Source: Gemmatimonadota bacterium
Lineage (GTDB): Bacteria > Gemmatimonadota > Gemmatimonadetes > Gemmatimonadales > Gemmatimonadaceae
NCBI GenBank assembly: GCA_031372565.1
Contig: JANMLN010000076.1
Coordinates: 1-23,391 of the forward strand
Reading direction: 5' to 3'
DNA length: 23,391 nucleotides
Of the stretch, positions 9,377 through 19,050 are shown piece by piece. Position numbers and translations under genes: made by a program. Position 1 is the stretch's first letter. Each line of letters opens with the position of its first letter. The notes beneath the pieces were generated by a model, which had not been told where the DNA came from, did no database searches, and worked only from the letters and a program-made list of their open reading frames with translations.

Positions 9377-10113
9377 GCGCCGCCGTGCTGGCCCCGGAAC
9401 GCGGGCCGTCGTCCTTCGACGTCGAGCTCGAGGCCTACCACGGCCCGCTCGACCTCCTCCTCTCGCTGATCCGCGACGAGAAGGTCGACATCTACGACAT
9501 TCCCGTCGCGCGCATCGCGCAGCAGTTCCTGGCGCGCATCAGGCACTTGCCGCTGGACGAAGCGGCCGACTACCTCGAAATGGCGGCCCGGCTCCTGCGC
9601 ATCAAGGCGCAGATGCTCCTGCCTCGCAACGAGAACGTCGACCTCTGGGAGGATCCGCGCGCCGAGTTGGTGCGCCGCCTGCTCGAGTACCAGCAGGTGC
9701 GCGAAGTCGTCGATCACCTCGATACGATGGCCGAGTCGCGCCGCGGTCGCTTCGCCCGCGCCTTCCTGCCGGAATCGGCGCCCCCGCCGGCACCGCCCCT
9801 CGCGCTCTCGCTCGTCGAGTTGATGACCGCCGTGGACCGCGTGCTCCGTGTGACGCGGCAGCCCACGCTGCATGAAGTCGTGGCGCGCTCGCTCGATGTG
9901 CCCGGTGCGATTGCCACGGTGCGCGCGGTGCTGCTGCTCCGCGAGCGCCTGCGTTGGCGCGATGTCATCGTGCCGCAGGCCGAACCCTGGCAAGTGCTCT
10001 CCGTATTGCTCGCCCTGCTCGAACTCGCCAAGCTTGGCGAACTCAAGCTGGCCCAACCGAAACCGTTCGCCGACGTGGAGATTTCCCGTGACGCCGCTGG
10101 CGAAGCTGCTTGA
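9373..10113 (+). CDS. scpA: Segregation and condensation protein A (kleisin)
   Basis: YHGPLDLLLSLIR..DIYDIPV, DYLEMAARLLRIKAQMLLP, DPRAELVRRLLEY and LALLELAK..Q.KPF. GTGA overlap with the upstream stop. Confidence 0.94.
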   Translation: MSAAVLAPERGPSSFDVELEAYHGPLDLLLSLIRDEKVDIYDIPVARIAQQFLARIRHLPLDEAADYLEMAARLLRIKAQMLLPRNENVDLWEDPRAELVRRLLEYQQVREVVDHLDTMAESRRGRFARAFLPESAPPPAPPLALSLVELMTAVDRVLRVTRQPTLHEVVARSLDVPGAIATVRAVLLLRERLRWRDVIVPQAEPWQVLSVLLALLELAKLGELKLAQPKPFADVEISRDAAGEAA

Positions 10114-10714
10114 AGCCGCGCTCTTCGCGAGCGCGCGCCCCATTCCGACCGACGAGCTCGCGACCCTCGATGCCGAGGCCTCGCCGGCCTCGGTGCGTGT
10201 CGCCCTCGACGAATTGCGTGACACGCTGGACAACGATGGCCATGGCGTCGAACTCGTCGAGTTGGGCGAGGGCTGGCAATTGCTGACCCGCCCCGAGTAC
10301 ACCGAGGCCATCGAGCGGGCACAACTCGCGCTCCGACCGCAGCGCCTCTCCGGCGCCTCGCTCGAGACGCTCGCGATCATTGCCTACCGTCAGCCGATTG
10401 GCCGCTCCGAGATCGAGGAGATTCGCGGCGTCGCGGTCGGTTCGGTGCTCAAGGCCCTGGTCGAGCGTGGCCTGATCGACATCGTCGGCCGCGCCGAAGG
10501 ACTGGGGCGCCCGCTGCTCTACGGCACCACGCCGCTCTTCCTCGAGCACTTCGCGCTTCGTCACCTGGGCGAGCTGCCGCGCGCGGATGAACTCGCGGTG
10601 GCGTTGCGCCCCCTCGTGCGTATCGAGGAGCCGGACGTGGACCTGGCCGATGCCGGCGACGCGGACGCAGAGCCGGAGCTTGGCCTCGGCGCCGCTGGGG
10701 ACGCTGCCCGCTGA
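10088..10714 (+). CDS. scpB: Segregation and condensation protein B
   Basis: LEAALFAS, LSGASLETLAIIAYRQPI.RSEIEEIRGV and GRPLLYGTT..FLEHF. GTG start inside the 3' end of scpA. Confidence 0.95.
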   Translation: MTPLAKLLEAALFASARPIPTDELATLDAEASPASVRVALDELRDTLDNDGHGVELVELGEGWQLLTRPEYTEAIERAQLALRPQRLSGASLETLAIIAYRQPIGRSEIEEIRGVAVGSVLKALVERGLIDIVGRAEGLGRPLLYGTTPLFLEHFALRHLGELPRADELAVALRPLVRIEEPDVDLADAGDADAEPELGLGAAGDAAR

Positions 10715-11445
10715 TGGCCAGCGAACCGATGCGCATCCAGCGCGCCCTTGCCCGTGCCGGCGTTGCCTCGCGCCGTTCGGCCGAAGCGCTCGTGGCCGCG
10801 GGACGGGTGCGCATCAACGGCAAGGTGGCGATCATCGGCGTCTCGTGTGACCCGAGCGTGGATCACATCACCGTCGATGGCAAGCCGGTCGCGGCGCCGA
10901 CGGCCGCCACCTGGCTCGTGCTCAACAAGCCAACGGGCGTCATCACCAGCCGCAAGGATCCCGAGGGACGACAGACGGTGTTCGACCTGATCGCTGGCCG
11001 CGACACGCCCGGGCTGACCTACGTCGGCCGGCTCGATTTCCTGACGGAGGGCGTCCTCCTGCTCACGACGGATGGGGATGCGGCGCATCGGCTCACCCAT
11101 CCGAGCCGGGAGATCGAGCGGACGTACCTCGCGACGGTCAAGGGAAATGCGGTCGCGGCAGCCACCGAGATGCGACGCGGCGTGAAGCTCGAGGACGGCA
11201 TGGCGCTCGCCACCGGGGTGCAGGTGCGCCCCGCCGAGCAGCTCCGCACCTGGGAGATCGAGCTCACGCTGCGCGAAGGACGCCATCACGAAGTGCGCCG
11301 CATGTGCCAGGCGACCGGACTCGAAGTGCGGCGCCTGGTGCGCACGCACTACGGCCCCGTGAGCTTGGGCGAACTCAAGTCGGGGACCACGCGCTCGCTG
11401 ACCTCGCGCGAACGGACGATGATCGACGCTCTCACTCTCGAGTAA
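10714..11445 (+). CDS. rluB: rRNA pseudouridine synthase, RsuA/RluB family with N-terminal S4 domain
   Basis: RIQRALARAGVASRR (S4), LNKPTG, catalytic VGRLDFLTEG, LTHPS and EGRHHEVRRM. Usual position after scpB. TGATG overlap. Confidence 0.88.
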   Translation: MASEPMRIQRALARAGVASRRSAEALVAAGRVRINGKVAIIGVSCDPSVDHITVDGKPVAAPTAATWLVLNKPTGVITSRKDPEGRQTVFDLIAGRDTPGLTYVGRLDFLTEGVLLLTTDGDAAHRLTHPSREIERTYLATVKGNAVAAATEMRRGVKLEDGMALATGVQVRPAEQLRTWEIELTLREGRHHEVRRMCQATGLEVRRLVRTHYGPVSLGELKSGTTRSLTSRERTMIDALTLE

Positions 11446-11456
11446 CGGATGCGCGC

Positions 11457-12427
<971 letters not shown>

Positions 12428-12431
<4 letters not shown>

Positions 12432-13345
12432 CGATGACCGCGGCCGGCGCGCGTCGCGCGCCGCCGGCCGAGGTGCTGCGGCAGGTGCGGCGGCTCGAAC
12501 TGACCGCACGCGGGCTGGTGAATGCCTCATTTGCGGGCGAGTATCGCTCGGTGTTCACGGGGTCGGGGATGGAGTTCGCCGAGGTCCGCGAGTACCAGCC
12601 CGGCGACGAGGTCCGCACGATCGACTGGAACGTGACGGCGCGCATGGGGCGTCCCTTCGTGCGCCGATACATCGAGGAGCGCGAACGCACGGTCATGGTG
12701 GCCGTCGATGCGTCGGCGTCGACGCGGTTCGCCACGGTCGGTCGTTTCAAGAACGAACTGGCCGCCGAGTTCGCGGCGGTCGTCTCGCTCTGCGCGATTC
12801 GCAGCAACGATCGTGTCGGTGGGCTCCTCTTCACCGACCGGGTCGAGCACCTCGTGCCGCCGGCGAAGGGACGGCGACATGCGCTGCGCCTCGTGCGCGA
12901 CGTGCTGTCGGTGGAGCCCGCGGGACGCGGTACCGATCTGGCCGCCGCGCTCAACGCGCTCACGCGCCTGACCTCGCATCGCGCGATCGTGTTCGTGCTG
13001 TCCGACTTCGATGCCCCCGACTGGGAAGGCCCGTTGTCGCGGCTGGCGCGACGACATGACACGATTGCCGTGCCGATGGAGGATCCGGCCGAGCGGCTGC
13101 TCCCCGATGCCGGCGTCGTGCGGTTCGTCGATCCCGAGTCCGGCGTGGAGGTGGAGGCCGACACGAGCGATCCGCAGCTGCGTGCCGCGTACGCCGAGCG
13201 CGTGTGCGAGGAACGCGCGGCGCGGAGCGCGGCCTTTCGTCGCGCCCGCGTGGATGAAATCGCGGTGCGCACCGATCGCGGCTATGCGCGCGAACTGCTG
13301 GCCTTCTTCCGGCGGCGCCTTGCTCGACGCGGAGGGCGCAAGTGA
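12428..13345 (+). CDS. DUF58 domain protein (vWA-like MoxR partner)
   Basis: GMEFAEVREYQPGDEVRTIDWNVTAR, VDASAS, NDRVG and VLSDF motifs. Directly follows moxR with a GTGA overlap. Confidence 0.93.
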
Positions 13346-14349
13346 ACGTGTGGGTCGACGTGGGCGCGCGGCGCGCTGCGGAGCCTCGGCGCAGCGTGCG
13401 TCGCGCATGCGCCGCGCTGACCCTGTGGGCCGGCGTCGCGACCGCGCCACCGGCGCAGGCGCAGGACTCGGGCAGCGCGTCGATTGCCGCGCCGAGTGCT
13501 GCGGCGAGCCAAGCCACGGTGACCGTGCGCCCCGACCGTGCGACCGTCGGTGATCCGATCGTCGTCACCGCCCGCGTCAGCGCACCGCCCGGGGCGATCA
13601 TCGAGTTCCCGAGCGTGGTGAATGCCGCCGAGGCCATCGAGGCGCTCGATCCACGCGTCGTGCACGTGCGCCGTGGCGGGAGCGAGGTGGTCGCGGAGGC
13701 CACGTGGCGGCTCGTGGCGTGGGACACCGGCGCGCACGCGCTCCCGATCGGCGATGCGACGGTCACGTTGAACGGCACGCTCACGCGCGTTCCGCTGTCG
13801 ACGATGATCCTGACGGTGACCTCGGTGCTGCCCGCGGATTCCTCGAAGCGCCTCCCACGCCCGGCGCGCGACATCATCGCCGTCGAGGCACCATGGTGGG
13901 ACACCTGGTCCCCGTGGCTGGTGCCCCTGTTGGTGCTGGCGCTTGTGTGGGCCATCTGGCGCCGCAACCGCAAGGAACGGCCGGCACCCCCCACCGCTCG
14001 GCGCGATGCCGAGCGCGCCTTCACGCGGCTGGAAGCGGGCGCACTTGGCGCGGCGGGCGAGCCCGCGCGCGAGGTCGCCATCGCGACGGAGATCATCCGC
14101 GACTTCCTCGCGGCGCGGTATCCCGGGGCGGATGTGGCGCTGACGACGGCCGAGCTGTTGCCGATGGTGCCACTGCGCGCGGCGGCCGACAAGGCGACGC
14201 TGGCGGAGTTGCTCGCGTTCGCCGATCTGGTGAAGTACGCGCGGCGACACGTGAACCCGCGTGAGGCCGAAGCGTTCACCGCGCGCGCGCACGCGTGGCT
14301 GGCGACGGTGACCGCGAGTGAGAGCAGCGCACCGTCGGCGGCGGCATGA
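13342..14349 (+). CDS. Membrane-anchored hypothetical protein of the MoxR/Bat cluster
   Basis: Signal-like segment, beta-rich domain (ATVGDPIVVT), RPARDII, TM helix PWLVPLLVLALVWAIW, then a helical tail with LTTAEL and FADLVKYA. Overlaps both neighbours by 4 nt. Confidence 0.82.
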   Translation: MNVWVDVGARRAAEPRRSVRRACAALTLWAGVATAPPAQAQDSGSASIAAPSAAASQATVTVRPDRATVGDPIVVTARVSAPPGAIIEFPSVVNAAEAIEALDPRVVHVRRGGSEVVAEATWRLVAWDTGAHALPIGDATVTLNGTLTRVPLSTMILTVTSVLPADSSKRLPRPARDIIAVEAPWWDTWSPWLVPLLVLALVWAIWRRNRKERPAPPTARRDAERAFTRLEAGALGAAGEPAREVAIATEIIRDFLAARYPGADVALTTAELLPMVPLRAAADKATLAELLAFADLVKYARRHVNPREAEAFTARAHAWLATVTASESSAPSAAA

Positions 14350-15350
14350 GCGACCTGCGCACCTGGTGGACGGGCATCGAGTTCGCCTCGGCGTGGGCGC
14401 TCTGGCTGCTGCTCCTGCTGCCGCTGTGGTGGCTCGTGCGGCGCGCGCGTCGACCGGTCGCCATCGCGTTCCCGCGCACGGCCACCCTCAAGGCCGTGGT
14501 GCGGCGCTCGGGACGCATGGCGCGGCTGCTGGTGACGCTGCGGGTGTTGGCGCTGACGGCGATGATCGTCGCGCTCGCGCGTCCGCGCTCGGGTGCCCGC
14601 GAGGACCAGGTGCTGAGCGAAGGCATCGACATCATCGTGGCGCTCGATATCTCGAGTTCGATGCTGGCCGAGGACTTCCAGCCGAACAATCGCCTCGAAG
14701 TGGCCAAGACGCGGATCAAGGACTTCATCATGGCGCGGCAGGGCGACCGGATCGGGTTGATCGCCTTCGCGGCCGAGGCGCTCACGCAGGTGCCGCTCGC
14801 CGTGGACTATCAGGTGCTGCAGGACGCGACGGACGACATCCAGGCGGGGATGCTGGAAGACGGCACCGCGATCGGGACGGCGATCGCGACCGCGGCCAAC
14901 CGGCTGCGCGACGCGCCGGGCCGCTCACGCGTGCTCGTGCTGCTCACGGACGGCGAGAACAATCGTGGCCAGATCGATCCCCGCACCGCCGCGCAGGCCG
15001 CAGCCGCGGTGGGGGTGAAGATCTACGCGATCGGCGTCGGGACCGAGGGCGTCGCTCCCGTGCCCGTGGGGCGCGGGCTGTTCGGTCTTCGCTACGAGAA
15101 CCGGCCCGTGCGCATCGATGAGGCGCTGCTGCAGGACGTGGCGAAGCAGACGGGCGGCCGCTACTTCCGCGCGCGCGATGCGGCGGCGCTCGAGCGGATC
15201 TATCAGCAGATCGACCAGCTGGAACGGGTGCCGCTCCGCGTGAAGACGTACGTCCGCTGGACCGACCTCTATCGCTGGCCGTTGAGCATCGCGTTGGCAC
15301 TGCTCGTGCTCGAGTTGCTCCTCTCCGCGTGGCGAGGGCCGCTCCCGTGA
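14346..15350 (+). CDS. batA: BatA-like vWA domain membrane protein
   Basis: N-terminal TM segments, ALARP, MIDAS DISSSM, DRIGLIAFA, GTAIG, LLTDGENN, TGGRYFRA and a C-terminal TM. Confidence 0.85.
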   Translation: MSDLRTWWTGIEFASAWALWLLLLLPLWWLVRRARRPVAIAFPRTATLKAVVRRSGRMARLLVTLRVLALTAMIVALARPRSGAREDQVLSEGIDIIVALDISSSMLAEDFQPNNRLEVAKTRIKDFIMARQGDRIGLIAFAAEALTQVPLAVDYQVLQDATDDIQAGMLEDGTAIGTAIATAANRLRDAPGRSRVLVLLTDGENNRGQIDPRTAAQAAAAVGVKIYAIGVGTEGVAPVPVGRGLFGLRYENRPVRIDEALLQDVAKQTGGRYFRARDAAALERIYQQIDQLERVPLRVKTYVRWTDLYRWPLSIALALLVLELLLSAWRGPLP

Positions 15351-16987
15351 ACACCGCGACGCGTGATCTCGTGGTACGCGGCGTTGCCGTGCTCGTGCCG
15401 CTGCTCGTGGCGCTGACGCTCGCGTACGAGTGGCGACGCCGCCGGTCGCGATTGGCGCGCCTGGGTGACACCGCGCTGGTCCTGCGACTGCTTCCGGCCG
15501 GGGCGCTGCGCGTGCGCGGCGCGCGTGCCGCGCGCGTCCTGGTGGCCGCGCTCTGCGCGGCGGTGGCGTTCTGGGGACCGCGCTGGGGAACGGAGCGCCG
15601 GACGCGCGAGACCGAAGGCGCGGATGTCGTGCTCGCGGTCGATGTCTCCAAGTCGATGCTGGCCGCCGACGAGAAGCCCAGCCGTCTCGATCGGGTGCGG
15701 CAGGAGATCAGGAAGCTGCGGTCGTCGTCGCGCGCGCACCGGCTCGGCCTCGTGGCGTTCGCCGGGCGGAGCTACGTGCTGGCACCACTGACCACGGATG
15801 GCGCGGCGCTCGAGATCTTCCTCGACAATCTCGGGCCCGATCTGGTCGGGCAGCCGGGGAGCTCCATCGGGCCCGCCCTTCGTCAAGGCACGGATCTGCT
15901 CACGGCATCACGCTCGGCGGCTGATCGGGCGCTCGTGCTCATGTCGGACGGCGAGACCTTCGAGCCGCCCGAGGCGATTGTCGCCGCCGCGCAGTACGCG
16001 CGCGAGGGTGAGGTGCGCGTGATCGCGGTGGGGTTCGGTACCGAGGCGGGGAGTGCGATCGCCGAGATGACCGAGCGCGGGCGCGACTGGCATCGCGACA
16101 AGGACGGCGTGGTCGTCGTGACCAAGGCACATCCCGAAGTGCTGGCCGAGATCGCCCGCGTCTCCGGCGGTGTGGCCATTCCCGCGTCGTCGCTTGATCG
16201 AACGTCCGCGCTGCGTGGCGCGCTCGATGACCTCAAGACCGCGACGCGCACCGAGCGGGGGGCGCGTGAGCAGCAGGCGCGCTTCCAGTGGTTCCTGCTG
16301 CCGTCGCTGTTGCTCCTCTTCTGGGATGCCGCCGTGGCCGGATGGCGCCCGATGCGGAGGGCCGTGGCAGCGCTCCTGCTGCTCAGCGCGGCCACGTCGG
16401 TCGCGCGCGCCGACGACCCGGCACTCGTCGCCTACCGGGCGGGGCGCTTTGCCGAAGCCGCCGGTCGCTGGCGCGTGGCCATCAGTGCGGGCGACGAACG
16501 GCCGGTGACGCGCTACAACCTTGGCACGGCACTGCTCGCGGCCGGCCAACTTGATTCCGCCATTGCCGTCCTCGATCCGCTGTCGCGGAACGCCGCTGGC
16601 GAGTTGCGCACGCGCACGCTGTTCAACCTGGGGCTTGCACACTTGCAGCGCGCGCGCGCGCCGCAGGGGGACGAGGGCAGCTACCCGCTCGCCGCCGACT
16701 GCTACCGCCGCGTGCTCCTCGCCGACAGCCGGAATGCGGACGCCAAGTTCAACTACGAGTTGGCCCGCCGCCGCAAGGAGGGCGGGGGCGGACAGAGCAG
16801 TCAGCCGCCGCCGCCCGAGCCGCCGAAGGGCGAGGAGAAGTCGCCGCAGCCCAGCCGTCCCGGTGGGCTCGACAAGCAGCAAGCCGAACAGCTGCTCGAC
16901 AATGCGGCGCGTGACGAGCGCAATACGCAGAAGCGGAAGTCGCAGCGCCAGAAGGGCGAACCGTCACGCGTGGAGAAGGACTGGTGA
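15347..16987 (+). CDS. vWA + TPR protein, apparent BatB-BatC fusion
   Basis: GPRWG, MIDAS DVSKSM, LMSDGE and RFQWFL-TM. Then TPR motifs (YNLGTALL, FNLGLAHL, AKFNYELA), a Q/P/K-rich linker, AEQLLD and terminal VEKDW. Start inferred from the GTGA overlap. Confidence 0.85.
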   Translation: MNTATRDLVVRGVAVLVPLLVALTLAYEWRRRRSRLARLGDTALVLRLLPAGALRVRGARAARVLVAALCAAVAFWGPRWGTERRTRETEGADVVLAVDVSKSMLAADEKPSRLDRVRQEIRKLRSSSRAHRLGLVAFAGRSYVLAPLTTDGAALEIFLDNLGPDLVGQPGSSIGPALRQGTDLLTASRSAADRALVLMSDGETFEPPEAIVAAAQYAREGEVRVIAVGFGTEAGSAIAEMTERGRDWHRDKDGVVVVTKAHPEVLAEIARVSGGVAIPASSLDRTSALRGALDDLKTATRTERGAREQQARFQWFLLPSLLLLFWDAAVAGWRPMRRAVAALLLLSAATSVARADDPALVAYRAGRFAEAAGRWRVAISAGDERPVTRYNLGTALLAAGQLDSAIAVLDPLSRNAAGELRTRTLFNLGLAHLQRARAPQGDEGSYPLAADCYRRVLLADSRNADAKFNYELARRRKEGGGGQSSQPPPPEPPKGEEKSPQPSRPGGLDKQQAEQLLDNAARDERNTQKRKSQRQKGEPSRVEKDW

Positions 16988-19041
16988 TCGGCGCGCTTCT
17001 GCTCCTGCTGCAGGTGAACGCGGCCGACCCCGCGGTCGTGCAGCGCGCGCGCCCCGATGCGCAGTCGATCTCGTTCCGCGCCATCGCGGTTCCGGAAACG
17101 CTGACCGTCGGCCAACAGGCGGTGTACCAGGTCGGCGTGTTCGTGCCCGACGAGGTGCGCCAGCGGTTGCGGCGCAACCCCGAGTTCGTGCCGCCCGAGC
17201 TGCGCGCCATGCTGGCGTACGACCTGCCGCGCGGCGGCTACCAACTCCTCAAGGGCCGCACGATCGGACAGACGACGTACGAGATCCACGTCTTCCAGCG
17301 CGCGATCTTTCCCGTCACGGCTGGCCGTCACGTGATCACCCCGGCCGAGCTCACCTACTCGTTGCCGCTGGGCTCCTCGTTCTTCAGTCGCGAGGAGATG
17401 CACACGCTGCATTCGGAGCCGGTCACGGTCGTTGCCATCGATCCGCCGCTCGCCGGCCGTCCCCCGGGGTGGCGTGGCGCGGTCGGGCGCTTTGGCGTCA
17501 GCATGCGGGTGGACACCCGCACGCCGCGCGCGAACGACGTGGTGATCGTGACCGCGCGCGTCGAAGGGGCTGGCAACATCAACCTGCTGCCGCGCCCGGC
17601 GCTGCGCGTGCCGTGGGGAACCGTCACGTCGTCATCGGAGCGCGTGGTCATCGATACGGCCGCATCCGAGGTGCGGGGTGCCAAGGAGTTCGACTACCTG
17701 CTGACGCCGGCAGAGAGCGGACAGTTGGTCGTGCCGCCGCTCCGCTACGATTTCTACGACGTGCAATTGCGGCAGTACGGGACAGTCGAATCGTCACCCG
17801 AAACTCTCACGGTCACCTCCGGGGTGCCACCCGGCGCAGCGGGCACCCTGGTAGGACGGACCCTTCCGCCCGTCCGCACTGTTTGGCGCGGCGAGCGCGA
17901 CGGTTGGTGGGTGCGGCGCCCGGCCTTCTTGCTCGGCCTGCTCCTCGTACCGTTGCCTGCACTGATCACGCTCGTGGTCTCCGCGCGGCGACAGCGCCGA
18001 CCGCTGGTTCGTACCGGACTGCAACTGCCCGAGGGACACGCGCCCGCGGGCGACGTGCGTCGCGCCTTCCGCGCCGCCATCGAGGAACGGCTCGGCCTGC
18101 GTACGGCCGTGATGGCCGACGCCGATGCGGTTGCGCGGTTGCTCCGGCAGCACGGCGTGACCGCGGCCACTGCGGCCGAGACGGCGCGGCGTCTCGCCGA
18201 CCTTGATCGCGCGGCGTTCGGTGGCGATCCCGCGGCTGGTGCGAACGATCGCGGATTGCGCGAGCTGTTCGACGCGATCGAACGGGAAGCACGGCCGCGC
18301 GCACGAACGCCGCGAGCGACGACGACGGTGGCCCTCGCCCTCGCGGTCGGGATCGCAGGGGCCACGGCGGTGCGTGCGCTGGCGCCGGACACGGCGTCGG
18401 ATGCGTTCGCTCGCGGCGTGGCGGCCTGGCAGGCGCTCCGGGTGGAGCTGGCCGTGCAGTCCTTCGCTCGTGCCGCTGAACTCGCACCGCGGTCGAGCGA
18501 TGCATGGGCCAACTTCGGCGAAGCGTCGTGGGCCGCGCGCGATACCGCTGGCGCTGCGGTCGGATGGCAGCGTGCGCTGCGCCTCGATCCGTTGGCATCC
18601 GATGTGCGCGACCGGCTCGCGCTGTTGGGCGTCACGAACGACGGGTGGATCGCGTGGGTGCCGCCGGTGGACGTCGATCATGCGGCGCTGGTGGTGGGGC
18701 TCGCGTGGTGCGTGGGTTGGGGCCTCCTCTTCGCCACCCGGGCGCGGCCTGACGGGCCGTGGCGGGGCGCGGCGCTCGTCGTGTTGCTGGTCGCCGGCGG
18801 CGCCGCCGTCGTCGCGGTGGAAGGGACGCGGCGCGCGGAGGCGCAGCAGCTCGTGGTCGTTCGCGGCGGCGAGTCGCTGCGCGCGCTCCCGGCGCTCGGC
18901 GCCGAGTCCAGCGCGCCGGTGGCGGGCGGGGAAGTGGCACAGCTCGTTGAACGCGGTGACGTGTGGTCGCGCGTGACGCTCGACCTGGGCCGCACCGGGT
19001 GGGTCACGAGTGAGCGACTTCGGCCATTGACGGCGCACTAA
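16984..19041 (+). CDS. BatD-like domains + TPR + SH3-like protein, apparent BatD-BatE fusion
   Basis: Signal-like N-terminus and beta-rich BatD-type regions (GAVGRF, VEGAGNI, FDYLLTP..SG...VPP). Then TM segments, a TPR (DAWANFGEASW) and a C-terminal SH3b-like WSRVTLDLGRTGWV. Confidence 0.8.
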   Translation: MIGALLLLLQVNAADPAVVQRARPDAQSISFRAIAVPETLTVGQQAVYQVGVFVPDEVRQRLRRNPEFVPPELRAMLAYDLPRGGYQLLKGRTIGQTTYEIHVFQRAIFPVTAGRHVITPAELTYSLPLGSSFFSREEMHTLHSEPVTVVAIDPPLAGRPPGWRGAVGRFGVSMRVDTRTPRANDVVIVTARVEGAGNINLLPRPALRVPWGTVTSSSERVVIDTAASEVRGAKEFDYLLTPAESGQLVVPPLRYDFYDVQLRQYGTVESSPETLTVTSGVPPGAAGTLVGRTLPPVRTVWRGERDGWWVRRPAFLLGLLLVPLPALITLVVSARRQRRPLVRTGLQLPEGHAPAGDVRRAFRAAIEERLGLRTAVMADADAVARLLRQHGVTAATAAETARRLADLDRAAFGGDPAAGANDRGLRELFDAIEREARPRARTPRATTTVALALAVGIAGATAVRALAPDTASDAFARGVAAWQALRVELAVQSFARAAELAPRSSDAWANFGEASWAARDTAGAAVGWQRALRLDPLASDVRDRLALLGVTNDGWIAWVPPVDVDHAALVVGLAWCVGWGLLFATRARPDGPWRGAALVVLLVAGGAAVVAVEGTRRAEAQQLVVVRGGESLRALPALGAESSAPVAGGEVAQLVERGDVWSRVTLDLGRTGWVTSERLRPLTAH

Positions 19042-19050
19042 CTTCACGTC

